From assembly GCA_965218795.1 (NCBI GenBank), contig OZ244653.1, positions 1,152,001-1,216,000 on the forward strand: DNA of 64,000 nt. Direction: 5' to 3'. Made by a program: the position numbers and the translations under genes. The stretch's first letter is position 1, and each line of letters begins with the position of its first letter. Source of the stretch: a bacterium. GTDB lineage: Bacteria > UBA8248 > JACPRG01 > G963555815. The notes under the pieces were generated by a model, which saw only the letters and a program-made list of their open reading frames with translations, was not told the DNA's origin and did not search any database. Shown piece by piece: positions 56,532-64,000 of this stretch.

Positions 56532-57365
56532 TTATGAGGTCAGAACATCGTAGGCGTCCGGCCGGCGGTCCCGGTAGAACAGCCAGTTGTTTCGGGTGTT
56601 GGCCACCTGATCGAGGTCGATCTCGGCAACGCTCACCGCATCCTCCTTATCGCCGGCCTGCGCTATGATGTTGCCCCTGGGGTCGCAGACCAGGCTCGTC
56701 CCGTAAAACTCATCGCCGTTTTCAACGCCTACCCGATTGACGGCGGCCACGAAATACTGGTTCGCGATAGCCATCCCCATCAACTCCTTGACGAACACCT
56801 CGCTCGCCGTGGGCCGCGGGCTCGCCACCGGAACCAACAGGATCTCCGCTCCGCCCAGCCCGAGCGCCCGGGCGCCCTCCGGGAAGTGACGGTCGTAACA
56901 GATCAGGATCCCCACATGGCCGAAAGGGGTCTCGAACACCGGAAATCCCAGATTCCCCGGCTTGAAATAATACTTTTCAATGAAGTCATCACTGTGGGGA
57001 ATGTGCATCTTTCGATACACACCGAGCAGATCTCCCTCCGGGCCGAGCAGGGCCGCGGAGTTGTAGTACACCCCCGCCATCTCCTTTTCGTAAATCGGCG
57101 CCATGATGACGATGCCGTGCTCCTTGGCCTTGGCCGCAACACGCTCGGTGGTCGGACCCGGGATGGTTTCCGCCATTTCAAAATATTTCTTGCTGTCCCG
57201 CGGCCGGTTCGGGAAGTAGGGAGTTTGAAACAGCTCCTGAAGGGCCACGATGTTGGCCCCCTTGGCCGCGGCTTCATCGACCATCCCCATGGCCTTGACG
57301 AAATTGGGCTCGACAGCGTTCTCATCGATACATATCATTTGAACCAGTCCGACTTTCACCTTCAC
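56532..57365 (-). CDS. Nitrilase-family carbamoylase (beta-ureidopropionase/N-carbamoylputrescine amidase-like)
   Basis: LQELF, YRKMHIP, EKYYF.PG, ICYDRHFPE, RDRRP. Confidence 0.92.
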   Translation of the reverse strand: MKVKVGLVQMICIDENAVEPNFVKAMGMVDEAAAKGANIVALQELFQTPYFPNRPRDSKKYFEMAETIPGPTTERVAAKAKEHGIVIMAPIYEKEMAGVYYNSAALLGPEGDLLGVYRKMHIPHSDDFIEKYYFKPGNLGFPVFETPFGHVGILICYDRHFPEGARALGLGGAEILLVPVASPRPTASEVFVKELMGMAIANQYFVAAVNRVGVENGDEFYGTSLVCDPRGNIIAQAGDKEDAVSVAEIDLDQVANTRNNWLFYRDRRPDAYDVLTS

Positions 57366-57453
57366 GGCTTCCTACCCCCTCTGGCAAATATGAAATGCGC
57401 GGCGGCGCGACCGGTCACATCCCGGTGATTCTCTGATGAATTGCGAGGCCCCC

Positions 57454-58818
57454 CTATGCAGTCGCCCCGGCGAGGGCGGCCCGCGTGGAATCCAGAAATT
57501 CTTCGATATCGTCGGGTTCCATAGGCGCGGACAAACAGCCGAGCCCGCGCGATGTCATGAACACCCCGTTCAGCAACCAGGAAAAAAACAGCTTTTTCAG
57601 GGCCGTCTTGTCCCCACGCTCATAAGCGGGATAATCCCACACTTCTTCCTTTGTCAGGTGCACGGCGAAGACCGACCCGACTCCCGTGACCTGGGCCGGT
57701 ACGTTCATCTCCTCGAAGGTGTCCCTCAGACCCGCCCGCAGGGTTTCCCCGAGGCCGTTCAGCCGCGCGTACATCTCCGGCTGCATCTGATCCAGCGACG
57801 CCACGCCGGCGGCAAGAGGCAGAGGACTCCCGCTGTGAGTCCCGGAATGACGGACGGTGGGTCTCCCTCCGGCGGGGTCGAAAAGCCTCATGATGTCATC
57901 CCGGCCGCCAAAGGCGCCGATGGGGAGGCCGCCGCCGATGGACTTGCCCAGGGCGGTCAAATCGGCGTGGACACCGAAGAAATCCTGCGCCCCTCGGTAC
58001 CCCAGTCGGGACATCATCACCTCATCAAAAATGAGCAGGACGCCGTTCTCATCGCAGATGCGCCTGAGATCGCCGAGAAAATCTCCCCGGGGAGGAATCG
58101 CGCCCGCTCCCGTCACGGGCTCGACGACGACGGCCGCCATTTGATCCCGATGGGCGGTGATGATTTCTTCCACGGCATCCGGATGATTGAACGGCAGGGT
58201 CACAACGTCCTGAAGAACGCCCCCGGGAATCCCCGGAGAGGACGGCACGCTGGTCGGATGCAGCGGATCCCCGAACTCCTCTTCCGTCGGATTGATGGAT
58301 ACTTCTACGTGCTCGCTGGACCCGTGGAAGTGACCCAGGAACTTCCCGACCTTGGGTTTCCCCGTGAAGGCTCGGGCGACCCGAATGCAGTTCATGTTGG
58401 CTTCCGTACCCGTTGAACAAAACCGGACCTTGTCAATCGTTGGATAGCGCTCGCAAATCCGCGACGCGAGGGCTTCCTCGACCTCCATGGGCGCTCCCGC
58501 CGCGGTCCCGCGCTCCAGTTGATTCTGGATCGCTTCGGCCACCGCGGTGTTGTTATGTCCGAGCAGCAGAGTCGTGTAATTGTTATTGAAGTCGATCCGG
58601 ACCTCGCCATCGGCGTCGGTCAGCCGGCAGCCGTCTCCCCTCTTCATCGCGATCGGGTAGGGATCGTAGAAGACCGTCGCCCGCGTATTCCCACCGGGCA
58701 GCGATCGGCTGGCTTTTTGATGAAGGGACCGGGATGCGGGCGTCCGCTTCTTGTACTCCTGCAGAAGAGCGTCCAGGGAGAGCCGGTCCAAGGCGCCCAT
58801 CGTCATATCATCACCCAT
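57454..58818 (-). CDS. Class III aminotransferase, GSA-aminomutase-like
   Basis: LPGGNTR, TGTEA, FHG, FDEVM, LGKSIGGGLPIGAFGG. Confidence 0.9.
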   Translation of the reverse strand: MGDDMTMGALDRLSLDALLQEYKKRTPASRSLHQKASRSLPGGNTRATVFYDPYPIAMKRGDGCRLTDADGEVRIDFNNNYTTLLLGHNNTAVAEAIQNQLERGTAAGAPMEVEEALASRICERYPTIDKVRFCSTGTEANMNCIRVARAFTGKPKVGKFLGHFHGSSEHVEVSINPTEEEFGDPLHPTSVPSSPGIPGGVLQDVVTLPFNHPDAVEEIITAHRDQMAAVVVEPVTGAGAIPPRGDFLGDLRRICDENGVLLIFDEVMMSRLGYRGAQDFFGVHADLTALGKSIGGGLPIGAFGGRDDIMRLFDPAGGRPTVRHSGTHSGSPLPLAAGVASLDQMQPEMYARLNGLGETLRAGLRDTFEEMNVPAQVTGVGSVFAVHLTKEEVWDYPAYERGDKTALKKLFFSWLLNGVFMTSRGLGCLSAPMEPDDIEEFLDSTRAALAGATA

Positions 58819-59055
58819 TTCCAGAAATTCGAGGCGAACAGGCCGCTCAGGCTCTCATTCAATGAGTCGAACGGGATGAAAGTATCTCACCATTCAAAAA
58901 AAGTGTCCATCCATCAAAACCGTTTGGAGGAGCCTGCGGAAAAGTCCATTTCCAGACTGCGGATTCGGATAAAACCCGCCACCCTTTACGACTGTACCGG
59001 ATGCTTGTCTTCATCTCTCAGCCGCCCGACTTTGCCCCGGCACTATCGATCCGTC

Positions 59056-59472
59056 CTATTTCGGAGAGTCGCCGAATCCGAGGACGGGACGCTCTTCCGC
59101 CCGGAATTTTTCAAACTCGTTCAGCGCCATCAACGCGGCCGGGATGCCGGCATAGACGGACATTTGAAGGATCACTTCCCGTATCTCCTCATCCTTGGCG
59201 CCGTACCTCCGGCAGGCGTCGAAATGGGCGCGGAGGATGGGGACATGTCCGGCGACGACCAGCGCCGCCACGGCGCATAGCTCCCGCGTCTTGTGATCGA
59301 TGACATCGCGGTCATAGAGTCCCGCGTAGACGAACCCCTGAAAAAGCCGGGAGTATTCCGGGTCGATGGAATTCAGGCGATCGAAAACGCGTTTGGTGTA
59401 TTCCTCGCCGTAATTTTTCCTGCCCCGCTCCAGGGCCTTGGGATTGTACGCGGGTGGGGCGGCATCGCTCAT
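59056..59472 (-). CDS. Carboxymuconolactone decarboxylase family protein
   Basis: KTRELCAVAAL, LRAH, EIREVILQ...YAGIPA. Confidence 0.9.
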   Translation of the reverse strand: MSDAAPPAYNPKALERGRKNYGEEYTKRVFDRLNSIDPEYSRLFQGFVYAGLYDRDVIDHKTRELCAVAALVVAGHVPILRAHFDACRRYGAKDEEIREVILQMSVYAGIPAALMALNEFEKFRAEERPVLGFGDSPK

Positions 59473-59687
59473 CGGGTTGACCTCCATTCTGTCAAGAGAC
59501 GGTGGAACATCGAAGAACACAAAAAGGCCGCGGAATCCGCGCCCGAAATCGAGGAGGCGGATTGCCGCTGCCGTCGGTGATTGGTTCTGCTTGCAATGCA
59601 GGGATGCCTACGGACGATGAATGCTGGCCTGCGCCGCCCATTCAACGAACTCCCGTATCCGGGGTCCCGCAGGAGCCGGGCGGCGGC

Positions 59688-60533
59688 CTACCGGGCCAGT
59701 TCAGCGTAAAACTCGGGACGGCGGTCGCGATAAAATCCATAGACGTTTCGCAGCTCTTCGATGAGATTCAGGTCGACATCGCCGTAGACGATCTCATCTT
59801 CCTGATCGCCGGCTCGCGACAATACGTCGCCCTTGGGGTTGACGATCATCGAGCTGCCGTAATAGTGGTTCAGATTATTGACGCCCCGGTCCACGCCGAC
59901 CTTGTTGATCCCTCCCACGAAATAGACATTTTGATAGGCGTAGGCGCGAAGCTCGATTTCCCACAGCGGCAGATAGTGCCTGCCGAACGACGCAGTGGGC
60001 ACGAGCAGCAAGTCCGCTCCGCGCGTTCCGATCACGCGGGGGCCTTCGGGGAAATGCCGGTCATTGCAGATAACGACGCCGAAGCGGACCCCCCACGGAG
60101 TATCGAAAACCGGATACCCCAGATTGCCGGGCTTGAAATAGAGCTTCTCATTCCCAAAAGGGTTTTCGGGCCGCTTGGCCATGGGGATATTGGTTTTCCG
60201 GTACACGCCCTGGACCGATCCGTCCGGCATGATGACGACCGCCGAGTTGTAGAGCTCCCCCTTCATCGCCTTCTCGTACACCGGCAGGACGATCACCATC
60301 CCGAATTCCTTGGCGGCCTCCGCGACACGCTCCGTTGTGGGCCCCGGAACCGGTTCGGCCAGGGCGCAATGCTCGTAATTCTCCTCGTAGCAGAAGTATG
60401 AAGTCGTGCAGATTTCATGGAAACAGAGCAGGTTCACGCCGTTCTCGGCCGCTTCCTTCGTGTACTTCAAAACGTTCAGGATGTTCGGTTCTTTCTCGTG
60501 ATTTCCAATGAATTGGCAGAGCGCCAATTTCAT
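59688..60533 (-). CDS. Nitrilase-family carbamoylase, second paralog
   Basis: FHEI, YRK, EKLYFKPG, ICNDRHFPE, RDRRP. Confidence 0.92.
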   Translation of the reverse strand: MKLALCQFIGNHEKEPNILNVLKYTKEAAENGVNLLCFHEICTTSYFCYEENYEHCALAEPVPGPTTERVAEAAKEFGMVIVLPVYEKAMKGELYNSAVVIMPDGSVQGVYRKTNIPMAKRPENPFGNEKLYFKPGNLGYPVFDTPWGVRFGVVICNDRHFPEGPRVIGTRGADLLLVPTASFGRHYLPLWEIELRAYAYQNVYFVGGINKVGVDRGVNNLNHYYGSSMIVNPKGDVLSRAGDQEDEIVYGDVDLNLIEELRNVYGFYRDRRPEFYAELAR

Positions 60534-60601
60534 GACGTGCAACCTCCTCTATCGGCTTGGGGATCTGCAGGCCGGGAATCCGGCGGCCAAGCGGACCGCC
60601 G

Positions 60602-61858
60602 CTACACCTTCACAACCCCCTCCAGCATGACCATCTTGATATTATCCACATCCTGGAAGACCTTGATGTTCTTCAGAGGATCCCCGTCCACGAGGATCAG
60701 GTCGGCCAGCTTCCCTTTCTCGACCGTCCCCGTATCGAGACCGAAGAACTCGGCGTTCAGCCTGGTCGACGACACGATGGCTTCCATCTCGGACAGGCCG
60801 CACCGCACCTGCATCTCGAGCTCAAAGGCCTCTTCGCCGTGCGGGTCCGCCGGGGTTCCGAGAAAGTCGCTGCCGGCCGCCCGCTTGACTCCCATCTTCT
60901 TGGCCCTCGGGAGGGTATCCGCGATGGCCTCGATAGCCCGCGCGCATTTATCCACGTACACCGGATGGAGATTCAGCTCCTTGCCGTGCTCCACGGCCCG
61001 CTGGAGGTAGCCGATCGTGACCACCCACGTCACGTCGTTCTCGGCCATGAGCTCCAGTGTCGGATCATCAATCCAATAGCCGTGCTCGATGGCGTCCACG
61101 CCCCCTTCAATGGCTTTCCGAATCCCCGTCAGCGGTTCATTCATCAGGACATTGTTGTGGGCGCGGAGAATTTTTCCGACATTGTGCGCGACGGAGGCGA
61201 TGGCCCGAATCTCCTCCACCGTAAATGCGGATTCTGCGACGATGAACGAAGGATCAATCCCCCCCGTCGTTCCAATCTTGAGCTCCGTGGCCCCGTCCCG
61301 GAGTTGTTCCCTCGCGGCCTTCAGGCATTCCCCCACACCGTCCACCAGACGGCAGAAACCGCGTCCGCTACGCCCTTCCATCGTTTCGATGGGAAGAAAG
61401 AACAGGTCGGGGATACCGCCCGTCTGGCACATGAACCGCCCGACGCCGCGCACCCGCGGTCCCACGATGCTTCCCTCCTCAACGGCCTTCTTGATGAGCA
61501 GGGCGTTATCGCTTCCCAGATCACAGATGGTCGTGAACCCGGCTTCGAGCAGCCGGCCGACTTCATACACGCTGCGGATGGCGTGCAGGCCGGGGTTTTC
61601 CATCGCCCAGGCGAAAAATTCATAGTTCTGGAGGCCGAACAGATGGAGGTGCGCATCGATGAGGCCCGGCATCAGCGTCAATCCGCCGGCATCGATCACT
61701 TCCGCCGACTTGGGAACGGCGACTTTCCCGGCCGGGCCGACCGCGCTGATGGTGTCCCTCCGGATGACGACCGTCGCGCCGTCCTGCGGAGGGGCTCCGG
61801 TCCCGTCAATCAGGCGGGCATTCTTGATGACCTTTGTCTGCGGGTCGCGCTGCGCCAT
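60602..61858 (-). CDS. Metal-dependent amidohydrolase (Xaa-Pro dipeptidase-like)
   Basis: PGLIDAHLH, KIGTTGG, AH, IEHG, GSD, GKLADL. Confidence 0.9.
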   Translation of the reverse strand: MAQRDPQTKVIKNARLIDGTGAPPQDGATVVIRRDTISAVGPAGKVAVPKSAEVIDAGGLTLMPGLIDAHLHLFGLQNYEFFAWAMENPGLHAIRSVYEVGRLLEAGFTTICDLGSDNALLIKKAVEEGSIVGPRVRGVGRFMCQTGGIPDLFFLPIETMEGRSGRGFCRLVDGVGECLKAAREQLRDGATELKIGTTGGIDPSFIVAESAFTVEEIRAIASVAHNVGKILRAHNNVLMNEPLTGIRKAIEGGVDAIEHGYWIDDPTLELMAENDVTWVVTIGYLQRAVEHGKELNLHPVYVDKCARAIEAIADTLPRAKKMGVKRAAGSDFLGTPADPHGEEAFELEMQVRCGLSEMEAIVSSTRLNAEFFGLDTGTVEKGKLADLILVDGDPLKNIKVFQDVDNIKMVMLEGVVKV

Positions 61859-61923
61859 ACCGTTTCCCCCTCTTTTCGCTCCTCAGAACGGCCGATGGAA
61901 TGCTCTGTCCGGCCATTGCGGTT

Positions 61924-63279
61924 TCAATGGGTGTTCACAATCTCCGGGAAGAAACCCTCAGCGACTTCCAAAAAGGGATCCATCTCAGCCTGCCGGGTGA
62001 CCGTGGAGAGGCAGCCCCGGGCCAGCGAATGGATAAAGATCCCGCGATTCAAAGCGTACAGAAAAAGCAATCGCTCCAAGTCCCGGTCGCTGGTGTGTGC
62101 GGCGCGGGAATCCCTGAGCGGTTCGTCGGTGAAATGCAACTTGAAGAGGGAGGCCTCCCCGGTGACCTGCGCCTTGGCCCCGGCCGATTGAATGAGCTCC
62201 TTCAGATTCCGTCGCAGATATTCGCCGTCCGCCGCCATTTGATCGAATGCGGCCGGATCCAGCAGTTCCATGGAAGCCACCCCCGCGGCCATGGTGGCCG
62301 GATTCGCGTTGAAGGTGCCCGCGTGGGGAATCCGCGTCGGGCCGTCCCCGGAGGGGTCGAAAAGCGCCATGATGTCTTCACGCCCGCCCAAAGCACCGAC
62401 GGGAAGCCCGCCTCCGATGATCTTTCCGAAACTGGTCAAATCGGGTTCCACGCCGAAGCAGCCCTGCGCACCGGACCATCCGAGCCGGAACATCATGACC
62501 TCGTCGAACACGAGGACCATGCCCAGTTCGCGCGTCAGGTCCCGCAAACCCTGAAGGAACTCCGGTTTCGGGGTGATCATTCCGGCGCCTCCCATGATGG
62601 GCTCCACGATCATTCCCGCCAACTCATTCTTCAGGGACCGAAGGATCCGCTCGACGCCTTCGAGGTCATTGAAAGGGAGGACGACAACGTTCCCCACCAC
62701 TTCAGGCGGGATGCCCTCGGAATCAGGGACGGAATCGGGCGCCTCCCGATCGCCGGCCGCATCGGCCGCCGGGTGGACGCTGATACTGACGTCATCGAAG
62801 GAACCATGGTAACCGCCTTCGAATTTGGCGATTTTGGACCGGCCGGTGAACGCCCGCATGGCCCGAAGCGCGCCGATGTTCGCTTCCGTGCCGCTGTTGG
62901 TGAACCGAACCCGCTCCACGGACGGAACCCGCTCCACAAGGATCTCGGCCAGGCGGATCTCCCATTCGGTGCAAGAAGCGAAGGCGGTCCCCTGCGAGGC
63001 GGCTTCGTGAATCGCACGGACGATATCAGGATGCGCGTGGCCGTGGGCCAGGGACGTAGCGTTGTTGAACAGGTCGATGCGGACATTCCCGTCCACATCC
63101 CAGACCTTGGGGCCTTCGCCGCGTTTCATATAGAGAGGGAACGGCGGGTAATAGGCGAGGGTCCGCGAGTTGCCTCCGGGCAGGGATTCCCTTGCGCGGA
63201 AATAAAGCGCCTTCGAACCCGGATTCTGTTTTTCAAAGGTTTCTACTTCCCGCCGCCAGATTTCCCTCACGTTCGCCAT
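61924..63279 (-). CDS. Class III aminotransferase, GSA-aminomutase-like, second paralog
   Basis: LPGGNSR, NSGTEA, YHG, FDEVM, FGKIIGGGLPVG. TGATG coupling to the upstream gene. Confidence 0.9.
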   Translation of the reverse strand: MANVREIWRREVETFEKQNPGSKALYFRARESLPGGNSRTLAYYPPFPLYMKRGEGPKVWDVDGNVRIDLFNNATSLAHGHAHPDIVRAIHEAASQGTAFASCTEWEIRLAEILVERVPSVERVRFTNSGTEANIGALRAMRAFTGRSKIAKFEGGYHGSFDDVSISVHPAADAAGDREAPDSVPDSEGIPPEVVGNVVVLPFNDLEGVERILRSLKNELAGMIVEPIMGGAGMITPKPEFLQGLRDLTRELGMVLVFDEVMMFRLGWSGAQGCFGVEPDLTSFGKIIGGGLPVGALGGREDIMALFDPSGDGPTRIPHAGTFNANPATMAAGVASMELLDPAAFDQMAADGEYLRRNLKELIQSAGAKAQVTGEASLFKLHFTDEPLRDSRAAHTSDRDLERLLFLYALNRGIFIHSLARGCLSTVTRQAEMDPFLEVAEGFFPEIVNTH

Positions 63280-64000
63280 CAGGCCCGCCCCCCGGAAGAA
63301 ACCTTCACGTCTCCGAACGGCCCGGCCGCGGCTCCGGTCGATTCCCAGGCAAATTCCCGATTCACCTCGGATTCGGCGATGACCCTTCCCTTCCGGATGA
63401 CATATCGTCGCGGCGGCTGCAGGCGGAAGGCATCGCGGACGGACTCCACAGGAGTGACAACAAGGTCCCCGCGGCAACCCTCCGCCATCCCGTAGTCGGA
63501 GAGCTTGAGAAGCTTCGCGGCCTCTCCCGTCGCCATGTCGAACAGGACCTCCAATTCCTCCTTGCTGCCCAGTTGCGCGGCATAGGCGGCCAGAAAGCCG
63601 TTCTTCAGGGGGTCGCCGTCGCCGAAGTTCTCATTGAAGGGGTCCAGGATGTTGTCTTGGGCGAAAGCGATGTTGACTCCTGCGGCCAGGAATTCCTTGA
63701 CCCTCGTCACCCCCCGCCCCCGAGGCTCGGGATACGAGCGCGCCCCCAGCATCATGGTGGTCGGCGGACAGGTCGTGATGCTCATGTCGACCCGCCTGAC
63801 GGCCTCGATGACGTGCGCTGCCTGGTAGGGATCGTAGTAAGGGAGGGCCGTCACGTGCCCGGCCGCAACCCTCCCGTGGAGACCTTCTTCAAAGGCCCGG
63901 TGCGCATAGTAGTGGAGGTAGCGCACATCGGGCGAATACCGGATGTCGATATGCATATCGATTTCGACGTCGAACCGCTTCGCCAAATCCAAAATGAATT
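63279..64000 (-). CDS. Cytosine-deaminase-like amidohydrolase; 5' part lies outside the window
   Basis: IDMHID, RVAAGH, RGVTRVKE, QDNILDPF, RYVIRKGR. Confidence 0.88.
   Translation of the reverse strand, partial: FILDLAKRFDVEIDMHIDIRYSPDVRYLHYYAHRAFEEGLHGRVAAGHVTALPYYDPYQAAHVIEAVRRVDMSITTCPPTTMMLGARSYPEPRGRGVTRVKEFLAAGVNIAFAQDNILDPFNENFGDGDPLKNGFLAAYAAQLGSKEELEVLFDMATGEAAKLLKLSDYGMAEGCRGDLVVTPVESVRDAFRLQPPRRYVIRKGRVIAESEVNREFAWESTGAAAGPFGDVKVSSGGRA

Noticed and set aside
57454-63279. Calling the two aminotransferases hemL
   Set aside because: They read PGGN(T/S)R rather than PGGVNSPVR and sit in a catabolic context with no hem genes.

Overview
GC-rich bacterial chromosomal window with no rRNA, tRNA or CRISPR array detected; I cannot assign the taxon from sequence alone. 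Housekeeping and metabolic blocks: Zn-ADH, M29 aminopeptidase, OYE oxidoreductase, gltB, HAD/cytochrome c, an RND pump and an fba-fbp-pfkA operon. The right-hand 23 kb is a mostly minus-strand catabolic region with amidohydrolases, nitrilase-family carbamoylases, class-III aminotransferases, M24 peptidases, a Rieske oxygenase and SDRs. Most of the unexplained structure is non-coding. (1) Two ~320-335-bp hairpin-rich repeats (4618-4953, 10780-11097) bracket ~5.8 kb of cargo (ferritin-like gene, unknown membrane protein, HTH-Zn-peptidase/PIN pair, DUF2459), and the whole unit is flanked by an exact 7-bp direct repeat AGTCCTT, as a transposase-less composite transposon would be. (2) An exact 423-bp duplication with scarred junctions lies inside that cargo. 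(3) Two inverted RAYT transposase remnants enclose a two-gene cassette. (4) A modular repeat family (23.3 and 30-36.6 kb) carries four CACGG boxes at exact 10-bp spacing and a shared CTACRGTKRTTT terminal motif; it interleaves orphan genes and truncates one. Several pseudogenes, an IS3 mini-element and an A8-frameshifted OmpA lipoprotein are also present. All alignments and family calls were made by eye, without database searches.
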